Source: Rebecca billardiae RCC1528 (lineage: Eukaryota; Protista; Haptophyta). Taken from it: a stretch of DNA of 64,000 nucleotides. Positions within the stretch are counted from its first letter, which is position 1, and the number at the start of each line of letters is the position of its first letter. Positions 30,701 to 41,009 of this stretch are shown here, one piece after another. The stretch lies in contig OZ251227.1 in assembly GCA_965240325.2 (NCBI GenBank), positions 3,100,001 to 3,164,000 of the forward strand. Direction: 5' to 3'. The translations under genes were made by a program, and so were the position numbers. A model generated the notes under the pieces. That model had not been told where the DNA came from. It searched no databases and worked only from the letters and a program-made list of their open reading frames with translations.

Positions 30701-31817
30701 CCCCGCGCGCCCCGCCCTGCCGACCCGCGTCCACGCGCGTGCGCGCCTGACGTCGCGCAGCCTTTTCGGTGCAAGCTCCGTTCTGCTGGTGTTCGAGACT
30801 GTGGCTGGCGCAGGCGCACGAGGAGAGGGCAGCGCGAGTGTCTGCGTGCTCGCTGCATCTTGCTGCGCGATGGTCCGCTCGTCTGCTCCCACGATCTCGA
30901 CCGATCTCGTCTGGGAGCGGCGAGCGCACGATCAGCTTGCAGCTGCCAACACAGCGCTCGGCGTGAGCAGCCCGCGGGAGCGGTGGCAGTGACCGAGCTG
31001 CGCCGCACCGCCGGCCGCACGCGCGTGCGCCAGTTGGGTGGCGTCGTGGTCTCGCCTTTCAGCCGTTTCATCCGCCGCTCAGGCCGATTTTACGCCGTCA
31101 GCAGCCATTTGTCGACGCGCTACGCGTCAGACGGCTGACGAGCCGGGTGAGCCGCATGTGGGCCGTCAAGCCGCATCACCCAGCGCAGCTTCGCCCGCGA
31201 CGACGGCTTCGCCTGGCTACCACTGCTCATCAGCCGCGTGCTCGGCGGGCTCGGCGGGCGTCGTTCGGCCCGTAGCACGGCTGCAGCGCAGCACGCGTAA
31301 GTAAGAGGCCGTGGAGCCTGGAGCGCCCCGACTGTGACGCGGATGGCGGAGGCGCCGGGCTTTGCGGGAATTGGGCTCGGGCTGCCATGAGCCGCCACGG
31401 GCTCGGGGCTGTACCGTCTGCGCAGATCGCGCTCGGCCCGGCCGCAGCCCTCCTGAGCCGCGCGCCTCAGAGCTGAGACTGATCACGGGCCGAGGCGCAC
31501 GAGCGACACTGCCATGCGGCTCGGTGTCGAGCCGCGCCCGCTGCGTGTGAGGCTCGAGGCGCGGCGCTCGCACGGGCTCAACGCGGGCGCAGCGGGTGCG
31601 CGCAGCTGGCGCACGCAGCCACGCGCGGAACTAGCTAGGGCCGTGCGCCCTCAACTTCGTTGTATTTATTTACTACCCGAAGATCGGCGTAGCCGATCAT
31701 ATATTAGGAATATAGGCGGATCCGTAAGGCGCATTGCCATTGGCGGTCGTTAGGCTGTTGGCTCGGGCTGCTACTTGAACATACAACAATCAACAGCATA
31801 GCGCTCGCCGTTTCTTA

Positions 31818-32660
31818 CTACTCGTCGTCATCGTCGTCGTGCACGATTCGCCGCCGCCGCGAACTGTTCGCACTCGAGCACACAGTGTTGTTTCGCCGCT
31901 GCTCGGATGATTCCTCCACCGCGCGCGCCGCCGTCTCCTCCTTGCCGCCGTCCTCGGGAGCGCACGGCTTGCCGTCCGCTTCAGAGCGCCACCGCTTGGT
32001 GGCTGCCGTGTGCGTGACCGCCGTCCCCACCGTAAGGTGCTGGTCATCCGCGTCCGCTGCCACGGAGTGCTGGCCGCTGGCGGGGCGCGGCGCGGCGAGG
32101 AGCAGGCGGAACGGCATGAACGCGCAGACGAACGGGTGGCTGAGGGCCTGCAGCGGCGTGAGCCGGCGCGAGGGCTCGTACGCCAACATGCCAGCAATCA
32201 GGTCGCACAGGCTGAGCACGTCATCCGCCCGATGCGCTCCTGACGTGCGCAAGGCTCCAGACCGACCGCCGCCGCCGCCGTCGGCGCCGCCCGCGCCGAC
32301 CACGTGCCTGCTGAGCGAGAGGACGACGGCGGAGTGCGGCCGCATCGCCTCGTACGCCGCCACGCGCGGTGCGAGCTGGTCCCACCGGCTCGCCTCCGCG
32401 TACGCGGCCGGCGGCCGGCCCAGCAGCTCCGCCCACGCCCCGACGAGGCCCGCCGGCGCCGTCGGTGCCCCAAACAGGGGCGCTCCGCTGCCGAGCTCTG
32501 CGAGCACGCACCCGAGGGACCACATGTCGACGGGGTACGAGAGCCGCGGCAGGCCGTACGCCGTCTCGGGCGCGCGGTACGCGAGCGTCTGCAGCGCGCC
32601 GTCCTCGTACACCTCGGCCTCCTCCGGCGTGCACGCGTTGCCCATGTCGATCAGTGTCGG
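31818..32660 (-). pseudogene. C-terminal part of a CMGC (DYRK/HIPK-like) protein kinase; N-lobe and catalytic loop not found
   Basis: LIDMG (DFG position), QTLAYRAPE, DMWSLGCVLAEL..G.PLF and RRLTPLQALSHPF. No HxDxKxxN recognised upstream. Confidence 0.55.
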
Positions 32661-33733
32661 CCGCCATGAGCCACGTCTAGGTAAGACTGTAGTCTTGACT
32701 CAGTGTAGTCCGGTCACATTCCGCAGCAGAAAGAATCAGCAGCACTCTCTGAGCAGGACCGTTCAATCGGTCACAGTTCTGGATTCGGCACGGCGCCAGC
32801 GCCACTCGGAGACTCGCGGTGAGTCGCGTTCGGGGGCAGGTGGCGCCGTCCGGCGCGGCGCGGCGGCTCCGGCTCCGGAGTCCGGTCCACGCGGCCCCCA
32901 GCTCCGCCCACGTCTTGGCCCCGCGCGCACCGTGGACGGGCAGAGCCGACTCGGTCGCCGCTGACGATCGGCACTGTCACAGTAGTGGCATCACGTCGTC
33001 GAACGCCTATACTTACGCGGTGGCGATGCAGACGACACCACATGTGCCGTAGCTACAGCGCATAGTTAACTAACAACTTGCGCAGTCGCCTGTAATCTAT
33101 ACAATCGCCTAGCTAGCGGCGCAGCCGCCACGGAGGGCGAGGCCGCTGCGGCTCTGCACGGTCTGCACTACGACAGCAGCTTGCACTCACACGTAGTCAT
33201 GTCACAGTACGTCATCGGGTCATCCGGCGGTCCCGGACGCCCCGGATCATATCATCAATGCTGTGACAGACAACGACAATCATTCACAATCGGACGACAG
33301 TTGTGAGTTGACGGACTTGACGGCGCACCTGACCCCGACGTCCGACGCGGCCGCAGCCGAGAGCTATTAATATGGCGCCGCAGACCCGACCAGTTATACC
33401 GTTGCGCGACGCATGTCCCGAGGAAAGACCAGGGGCGCGTCACGCCACAGGCAGAGATTCATCCGATTCATACAGCATCACACATCTCTGAACGCTCGCA
33501 TCAAGTCGCTCCGGGATGCATCAGCCCGAGCCAGACGATGCAGGTGGCGAGAGTGAACGCGCCGACGATGTGCCGACGCCGGCACTCCCACCGCGAGCCA
33601 CGCTTGCCGCCCCACCCCTCGGCGGCGAGGTGGCCCGACCGGAGCCCGTGACGGTCGCCGCACGGGCGCGAGCTGGTCGGCGCGCCGTCACCGTCCAGCG
33701 GCGCCCGCGCTCACGGGCGTCCGCGCGAGGCGC

Positions 33734-34776
33734 CTAGTCCTCGTCGTCGTCGTCGCCGCCGGCGGCCGCCGCCTGCTTCTTCTTGTACGCCGCGATCTTC
33801 TGCCGCACCCGGTCCTTCCTCTGCGAAAGCTTCATCTTCTTCTTCTTCAGGTCCGGGTACGAGTCCTGCTTGTCGGTCGGCTCCACGGACGGGTCCTCGC
33901 GGATCTTCTCGTGCGCGTTCTGGTACATCTCCTCGAGGTCGTCCGGGCCGATGTCGTTCTCGATGTACTTGGCGAACTGCGACTGGTAGCGGTCCTCGTC
34001 CTGCGCGGCGAGGGTGCGCGGCCGGGCGGTGCGGGACGCGCGCCGGGGGCGGTGAGATGCGCGCGCGCGCGCAGCGGCCCGCGCATGCGGCCGAGGGCGG
34101 GCGAGGGGAAAGGCGTGGTCGCTTGCGCACGCACGTCCTCCTGGAGCATCTCCATGTACTCCTGGACGTGGCCGCCGAAGATGTACTTGCGGCACGTCTC
34201 CGCATCGAGCTCCTTCTCCTCCGGGTCGTAGCCTGGCAGGCGCTTCTCGTTGTGCGGGATGTCGAGGCCGCCGTCCACCGCGCCCTTGAGCGCGCCAAAC
34301 ACGCGGTTGCCCGTGGTCGTGCGCACGAGGCCGACGTCGAGCACGCAGGTGAACGGGCGCGGCCCGTCGTCCTCCTCCTCCACCTGGTACATCTCGCCGT
34401 CCGGCTCGGTCTGCCCCTCGTACTTCTCGTCGAGGCCAAACTTCTGCAGCGTTCGCCGCGCCAGCAGCAGCCCGGTCGCATAGCACGCCGACCAGTTGGT
34501 GAGCCCCACCTTGATCCCGTAGCGCGGCAGCTCGTGCGAGTACGCGGCGCAGACGACAATGTCGCCGTGGATCTTCGCGTCGATGATCTGGCAGATCACG
34601 TCCTTGTTCGTGATGCGCACGACCAGGCGGTACTTTGACGACTCGTACTTGTTCTTGTCCTGCACGATCAGCCGCTTGCGCGCGTAGTAGTCCGTCTTGC
34701 CCTCGCGCCGCCGGCGGTACTTCACCTGGAACTCCTTGAAGTACTGCGCCGTCTTCTGGACCTTCATGACACCCAT
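33734..34776 (-). CDS. RPL5: 60S ribosomal protein L5 (uL18), 2 exons (34776-34135, 34000-33734)
   Basis: [32 protein letters not shown] and [19 protein letters not shown] intron 34134-34001 gives ..[13 protein letters not shown]. Confidence 0.96.
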
Positions 34777-34921
34777 GGTGGCCGAGCGACCCGCGCGCGC
34801 AAGTCCCGACGACGGGGCCTGCTCAGGTCTCCTGGCACACACGCGCTTCCGCTGTGTGTGGGCACGGCGATGGCTCTTGCTCACGTGGACATCGGCGCCT
34901 CCCGGACCGCCCCGGACTACG

Positions 34922-35719
34922 ATGGCGGCGGCGATTACGAGCACGCGCGCTCTGCTGCGGCCGCGAGGCCGCCCCGCGCGGCTGCTCTGCACGGCGCCCA
35001 CGGCGGCGCAGCTGCTCGCGAGCTCGCAGCGCCTCACGGACGCCCTCGCCTCGCCCCCCGTCGTCGCGCAGCTCGAGCACGTGCGCGACCGCGGCGACGC
35101 GCTCACCAAGTGGGTCACGTGCAACATGCAGCTCACGCAGCAGGCGGCGGTGGCGTGCCAGGGGCTGCCCAGCTTCGGGCCGGACCCGACGAGCGTCGGG
35201 CGGTATCTCGAGCTCCTCCTCGGGGGCGCCGAACCGGCCGACGCCGACGACGCCTCGCGCGAAGCCCTGCGCGAGCACCACCGCGTGCGCTGGTCGATGC
35301 TACTCAACTCGGCGTTCCGGTGCGAGCTCGGGCCGCGGCGCGACCGCGAGGAGGCGCGCGGCATCGTGATCGGGATGGTCGACGCGCTGCAGGCGCCGGG
35401 GTTCCTCTCGAAGGTCTCCGACCTGATGCGCGGCGAGCTCATGGGCCAGCTCTCGCCGATGGAGAAGCAGCAGGCCGTCGCGAGGCTGATGATCATGCAG
35501 CAGAAGGAAGCCATTGTGCCGTTCGGGTACGACAGCTCGGACCAGGGGTACGCGCAGGCGCAGGCGGCGCTGCAGGAGCACGCGCTCGACGCCGTCATCC
35601 AAGGGAGCATCATGCACGTGACGCAGCGCGTCTACCTCAGCGCCGGCATCGACATGCAGGAGCTCATGCGCACCCTGAGCGGCGGCGCTGGCACGCCGGC
35701 ACCCTTGCCCAGCGTCTGA
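34922..35719 (+). CDS. Hypothetical helical protein with a mitochondrial-like presequence
   Basis: ATG 34922, Arg-rich non-acidic N-terminus, coding-like codon usage; divergent from RPL5 (145 bp apart). Confidence 0.65.
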   Translation: MAAAITSTRALLRPRGRPARLLCTAPTAAQLLASSQRLTDALASPPVVAQLEHVRDRGDALTKWVTCNMQLTQQAAVACQGLPSFGPDPTSVGRYLELLLGGAEPADADDASREALREHHRVRWSMLLNSAFRCELGPRRDREEARGIVIGMVDALQAPGFLSKVSDLMRGELMGQLSPMEKQQAVARLMIMQQKEAIVPFGYDSSDQGYAQAQAALQEHALDAVIQGSIMHVTQRVYLSAGIDMQELMRTLSGGAGTPAPLPSV

Positions 35720-36028
35720 GCTCCAGCTCGGTCGCCGCCGCTGCGGCTGCGATGTTTTTGCATCGGCGCGCTTGCGTGGGACCGGTTCTGCGGCTGGGCG
35801 GTTCAGATCCAAGCGGACTAGCGGAGCCAGACGACTCGCGTGACGCCGCGTGGCGCACTCCGATGGAGTGAATGAATTCATCTTCAGCTCACCCTCTGTC
35901 CCTCAGGTTCAGCTCTTGATCAGCCTGTTGATGACGAATGACGATTGGAGAATTGTGACCGGGTCTTCAGATTTCAGTATTTCGATCCCTTGCGGCGGTG
36001 CGGCCTTGCCGATCAAGCGACGACCTTC

Positions 36029-36973
36029 ATGATGGCGGCGCTCCTCGCGATCATGGGCGTGCAAGGCATGGCGGTGTACCGCCATGCCTTGCCGCGAGGG
36101 CGGGTGTCAGCGGCCGTGATGATGACGGCGGTGGAGATGGTGGGGAGCGTGGACGACGTCATCCATGGCGTCCTGCCGGCAGAGGCTGAGCACCGGGTGC
36201 TCGCAGCCGACGCCCTGCGCTCTGCGTTCATTGTGGGCTCACCAACATCTGTCGATGACATGGGCGAGATGCTCACGGTCAACGGCAAAGCGTACTGCTG
36301 CTCGACGGCACCAGGGGCTGCCAAGCACGCGCTGCGTGTCGGCGACGCCGTCTTCACCACCGGCGCGTGCGTTCTGCCGCTCCATGCACAGGCAGACGCG
36401 CGGCTGGACTGGAGCGCAGCCGCGGAAGGCCCCGCCGATTGGGCCGCCGTCTGCGCGCGCGCTGTGCAGGCGGCTGGTGGGGTCGCCGTCGTGCTGAGCG
36501 GCTTCGTCACCTTCGAGCGGCTCGTCGCCGTCCAGATTGCCGAGCCACCCATCCGAGGCGAGTTCATCTTTGCGCCAGACGTGCGCTCGCGGTATTACTC
36601 AGTTCAGCCATGCGAGGTGCCGGGCGCGCGCTGCTTCGTGATGGGCGCAGCGTGCCCCGTCGAGCTGCTCGCTGAGGGCGCGCGCGCGCCCGAGCTCCAG
36701 CGCATGCTCTACGCGGGTGGCGCTGGCATCGCAGGCCGGGACGCGCGCCGCGAACCAGGCGTCGATGCAAGCACATCACACACGCACGCGCTTGAGCTGG
36801 ACCCCGCGTGCGGCGCGCGCGCGGAGGCGGAGATCACGCCAGACATTGTGCGCCAGGTGTTACATGTCTCGGCAGAGAGTGCCGTCGCCGAGGCCAGGCT
36901 GGAGCTGTTTCGTGTTGACGAGGTCGTCGAGCACACTGAAGGGCTCGAATACGTGCCAAAGGCCTGCTGCTGA
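36029..36973 (+). CDS. Hypothetical protein, possibly acetolactate-decarboxylase-like metal-binding fold, with a targeting peptide
   Basis: Intact ORF; GEMLTVNGKAY, SHTHAL (HxH) and a downstream LHV loosely resemble ALDC motifs. Confidence 0.45.
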   Translation: MMAALLAIMGVQGMAVYRHALPRGRVSAAVMMTAVEMVGSVDDVIHGVLPAEAEHRVLAADALRSAFIVGSPTSVDDMGEMLTVNGKAYCCSTAPGAAKHALRVGDAVFTTGACVLPLHAQADARLDWSAAAEGPADWAAVCARAVQAAGGVAVVLSGFVTFERLVAVQIAEPPIRGEFIFAPDVRSRYYSVQPCEVPGARCFVMGAACPVELLAEGARAPELQRMLYAGGAGIAGRDARREPGVDASTSHTHALELDPACGARAEAEITPDIVRQVLHVSAESAVAEARLELFRVDEVVEHTEGLEYVPKACC

Positions 36974-37167
36974 TCGGTGATCTGATCCGGAGGCTCGGGG
37001 CGCTGCGGGACTCGTCCCCCGCCTGACCCCCGCTACTTTTGATAGGCGGGTGAACCGGAGCTGAAGCCAATAGACAACGCAATATAACGACGACATCACT
37101 GCGCTAGATTCTGATGCATGTAGCGCACTACGGTCCGTGGCATCTCACTCGCTCACTCTCTCATGAG

Positions 37168-37171
<4 letters not shown>

Positions 37172-37206
<35 letters not shown>

Positions 37207-37280
37207 CTCGTTGTGACTCTCTCTCTCAGTCTGCTCTCTCTCTGTCTCTCTATATATATAGCTCTGCTCTCTCTCTTTCA
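37172..37280. repeat. (CT)n-rich low-complexity microsatellite
   Basis: CT runs interrupted by short TA runs. Confidence 0.85.
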
Positions 37281-37570
37281 TCATCTGACTCTCGATCATC
37301 ATGACGATCATCATCTCTCATCAATTCGATCTCATCGAATCTCGCGATGATCGTCTGGCAGCGTCATCGTCAGTCATCGTCAAGCGTCTCACCGAATTCT
37401 GATGCTTTATTTCCGCCGCGTAGCCGTAGTGCAGCATCAGTTATTTTCCGGCGACCCGAGCGCGTAGAATAAGTGCCGTCGTGGCGCCCGAGTGGTAGCA
37501 ATAAGTACCGGCACGAGGCTCATCAGGCTCAACACTTGATGATTATATTAGCAGCATACGACGCATAGCT

Positions 37571-39370
37571 TTACCGCGGCGGCTGCGTACAAATGGGCTG
37601 CAGCATTGCGCGCGCGCCCTCCGGGAGGCAGTCAGCAAACGGCGTCGTTGGGTCCGCGTCGTCTATCATTGACGGTGCCGCCCCGGCTCGCACCCGCGCC
37701 AACGCCTTGCTGAGGTTGAACGATCTCGCCTTGACGTACACTCCGTACGGCGCGCTGAGCTTGGCGCGCCGCTCGGACACCCACTGCCGCCGCAGCGCCG
37801 GCGGGATCACTGCGAACTCCGCCACATCCGCTGCGGCCGCGGGCGCGCGTGCGCTTGGGCGGCCGCCCGCATCGCCAGGCGCGGGGCCGGCAGCGCCCGC
37901 TCGCGCCAAAAGCACCATCCCGTCGAGCTCGCGCGCCACGCGCTCCGCGAGAAGCGCCCTGCTTTCGCGCGTGCATGCGTCGCGCGGGTCGCACAGCCCC
38001 TCGTACCAGCCGTGCAGCCTGCGCTTCGAGTAGCAGCGCAGCCTGAGCTGGTCCACTGGCGCCTGGCGCCCAGCGTGCACGCCCACGGCCTGCACATCGC
38101 GCGCGGCGCACTCGGAGAAGAGCGGCGGCGTCGCAATGTACTCGTGCCAGGCGCCCGGAGGCGACGGCTCGCCGCTGCGCGCCTCCTCCGCCGCCTGCTG
38201 CGGCGTGCGCGCCGGTCCGTAGAGCGCGTGGTTGACGATGCAGTTGTCCGCCGTCAGCAGCGGCAGCGGACCCGGACCGCCCGGACCGACACCCGGACCT
38301 CCGCCCGCAGCGGCGCGGCCCACGAGCGCCCTCCGGCCGTGGCCACCCTTCATCGCTCGGCGTACCTCGGCGCGTACCTCGGCGGCCCGCACAAGCTTCC
38401 ACCATGGCTGCCTGCACTGCGCCACAAAGTCCGCCGGCGAGTAGCACGCGCGCTCGACGCGCACGCGCACGCCCGCGGACACGTCGGCGGCGAGCGTCAC
38501 GGGGAACATGTCGCGCACGAGCGCCGCCGCGGCAGCTGGTGACACGAGGTACGCCACCGTGCTCCACGGCAGCGGGTCGAGGTCGCACGCCACCTCGCGC
38601 GCCGCGGTCGGCCATGCGCGGCGCTTTGCTGTGGGGGGTGCCCCGGCTGCGCTCACGTTCCGCAGGAGCGCGCGCTTCTCGAGCAGCGGCGGCGAGCCGC
38701 GTGCGCGCCACAGCTTGACGAGTCCTGACCACCGCCGCTTCGGAACGACCCGCGTCTGGCCGATCAGCGCCCCAAGCTGGACGAGCGACCAGCCCGCGGC
38801 CGCCTGGGCCGCGAGTGCGCGCAGCGAGCTTTTTTCCGGGCCATGCACGCGCGCGTGCCCGCCGCGCACGCCGGCGAGCACGGCGTGGTAGTGGGTGAGC
38901 GGTGCGAAGTCCACGTCATCCTCAAGGATCAGAAACCCCGGCGCGTCGGGCGGCTCGAGCGCCAGCGCGGCGAACAGCGCCTTGAGGTGCGAGAACGTCG
39001 TCGCCACGATCCCTGCGGGGATGCCGCCGTGATCGGCGCCAGCGCGCGCGCCGGAGCGCCACAGCCGCGCAAGAAACGCGCCTGTGCCGCTTTCGCGCGC
39101 GTCCGCCTCCGAGAGCGCGCGGATGCGGGTCGCGCAGGCGCCGTCGCGCAGGCGTGCGTGCAGGTGCAGCTCCATCAGCCTGCGGCGCGCGGTCGCGCCG
39201 TCCGAGTTGATCCAGTACGTGCTCAAATCGATGAAGCGGTACCCCGTGGCGCGCAGGGCAGGGGGCGCGCAGATCACGTCGTCCTCGGCAATGCGCAGCG
39301 CGTGAGCGATCTCGTCGCGCCCTGCGACGAAACTCGTCGCGAGCAAGGCGAGGGCAGCACACATCCGCAT
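37571..39370 (-). CDS. Glycosyltransferase family 25-like protein
   Basis: Signal-like N-terminus; YWIN...RR..M, TTFSHLKA, LILEDDV, STVAYLVS and TAD. Alternative ATG at 39424. Confidence 0.7.
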   Translation of the reverse strand: MRMCAALALLATSFVAGRDEIAHALRIAEDDVICAPPALRATGYRFIDLSTYWINSDGATARRRLMELHLHARLRDGACATRIRALSEADARESGTGAFLARLWRSGARAGADHGGIPAGIVATTFSHLKALFAALALEPPDAPGFLILEDDVDFAPLTHYHAVLAGVRGGHARVHGPEKSSLRALAAQAAAGWSLVQLGALIGQTRVVPKRRWSGLVKLWRARGSPPLLEKRALLRNVSAAGAPPTAKRRAWPTAAREVACDLDPLPWSTVAYLVSPAAAAALVRDMFPVTLAADVSAGVRVRVERACYSPADFVAQCRQPWWKLVRAAEVRAEVRRAMKGGHGRRALVGRAAAGGGPGVGPGGPGPLPLLTADNCIVNHALYGPARTPQQAAEEARSGEPSPPGAWHEYIATPPLFSECAARDVQAVGVHAGRQAPVDQLRLRCYSKRRLHGWYEGLCDPRDACTRESRALLAERVARELDGMVLLARAGAAGPAPGDAGGRPSARAPAAAADVAEFAVIPPALRRQWVSERRAKLSAPYGVYVKARSFNLSKALARVRAGAAPSMIDDADPTTPFADCLPEGARAMLQPICTQPPR

Positions 39371-39490
39371 CCGCGCCGCGGGGAGCACCTCCACGCGGTC
39401 TGGTACCCCAGGCTCAAATTGCATGCCGTCGTCGGTGACAATCGAGTAAGGACGAATCCCCCAGCTAGGTCCGTGGTAAGCCCCGCGTGG

Positions 39491-40591
39491 ATGTTGCTCG
39501 CCGGTGTGGCGGTGCTGGTCGTGCTGAGGAGCGCCGCGGGCCCGAACCGCACCGCCAGCGGGAACCCGGATGATGCGTTTGTCGTAGCGAGCCTCACGAC
39601 AACGCCCACACGGCTCCCGCTCATGGAGGACGTGCTCGTGTCCCTCCGAGCGCAGTCACGCCCAGTTGACGCGCTTGTGCTCAATCTGCCGGACAGGTAC
39701 AGCCAGGATGACTCCGCGTACCCGGAGTCCATTCCGCAGAGGATCGCAAGCCTCGCGCACGTACACCGCTGCGGGAGGGACTGGGGTCCCGCCACGAAGC
39801 TCATCCCGACAGTGCGATGGCTCGCCGCCCAGCGAAGCAACTCGACGTCCCGAGCCGCTGCTGCGCACCTGAGCAGGACGTTCATCCTGATCGTCGACGA
39901 CGATCACACGTACCCGCCGCGCATGGTGGAGACCCTCCTCCCCCACGTGGGCCCCAGGTCATCTGTGGGTGCCAAGGGGCTGAGCGCCGTATTGCAGGGC
40001 GCTGGGAGGAGGAAGTTCATCGCGTCGTTCATGTCGAGGACTGGTGCCCTCCGGCCAGTCATTGCTGACTTGAAGGACAAGCAGATTATCACGCCCGCTG
40101 GCGGTCCGCCCGTTGCTGTGGACATCCTCGAGGCCTACGCGGGGTGGCTTATCCCAGCGGAGGCCCTGCTAGGAGCCTCTGGCGGCCTCGAAGCCCACTT
40201 CGAGCGCGTGCTCCAAGATTCCACAAAGCACACGAGAGTGCCAACAAAGGCCGCCCTCCGCTCGGACGACCTGACCATCTCCGCCTACCTAGACTCGCTT
40301 GGCGTAGGGCGCTTCCAAGTGGCCGCTGCGCACTACAAAACAACGGCGGCATCTGGCCTCCCACCCTTCGTGGCGGATCGTCCCCCTGGCGATTTCTGGC
40401 GCGAAGCCCAGTACCTGCACAGGAGGGATGCGTATGTGGTGCCCAAACGGTACGAGGTTGGTCCTGGCAGCCTCAAGACGTTCGGCGGGGGCTCGCTAAT
40501 GCGGTACATCAAGCTGCTCCGCGCAGGGGTCGTGCGTCTGCCGAGGCTTGTTGGCTGGTCGCCCCCGGAGATCGCATATACGGCTGCTTGA
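39491..40591 (+). CDS. GT-A fold glycosyltransferase-like protein (type II membrane)
   Basis: N-terminal anchor; SLTTTPTR, SLRAQS..VD..VLNLP, DWGPATKLIP, IVDDDH.YP and SDDLTIS. Confidence 0.75.
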   Translation: MLLAGVAVLVVLRSAAGPNRTASGNPDDAFVVASLTTTPTRLPLMEDVLVSLRAQSRPVDALVLNLPDRYSQDDSAYPESIPQRIASLAHVHRCGRDWGPATKLIPTVRWLAAQRSNSTSRAAAAHLSRTFILIVDDDHTYPPRMVETLLPHVGPRSSVGAKGLSAVLQGAGRRKFIASFMSRTGALRPVIADLKDKQIITPAGGPPVAVDILEAYAGWLIPAEALLGASGGLEAHFERVLQDSTKHTRVPTKAALRSDDLTISAYLDSLGVGRFQVAAAHYKTTAASGLPPFVADRPPGDFWREAQYLHRRDAYVVPKRYEVGPGSLKTFGGGSLMRYIKLLRAGVVRLPRLVGWSPPEIAYTAA

Positions 40592-40603
40592 CGGTAGTAT
40601 ATG

Positions 40604-41009
40604 CGTGGCCAGGCCCTGCCCGCCCAGGCCAAGATGAGCTCATCGCCCGCGCGCGGGCGCATGGCCGGGCATGGCGCGCGTGCGCCTGCGGGGGCACGCG
40701 CCCGCGGGGGCGCTGCGCACGACGAGTCGACGACTACTTTGAGACGACGGCTGACGACGTATGGCACCGCGATCACCGCCGCGGTGGTGCGCGCGCGTCG
40801 ACGCCAGACGGTGCGTCGGGCTTCCGCTAATGAGTTTAGGCTAATCCGCTCGGGCGATGGATGCAGGATGGACTTAGAGTGATGCCCACTGCCCAGGCGA
40901 AGCCTACGACTAGTACGAGCCGGGGGATGAGGACGAATGCGAGGAGCGCTGATCCCGGTGTTTGTCCCTGTTGACCGATCTGCTACCGAGCTAGTACTGA
41001 CTCTGACTA
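40604..41009 (+). mobile_element. Degenerate copy 3 of the non-LTR retroelement 3' end, interrupted by a DNA transposon; the probable remainder 42528-42611 runs into (TA)n
   Basis: Matches ~8970-9263 (GCGTGGCCAGGCC.., GACTACTT.GAGACGACGGCTGACGACG, GAGGAGCGCTGATCC.GGTGTTTGTC). Confidence 0.8.
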
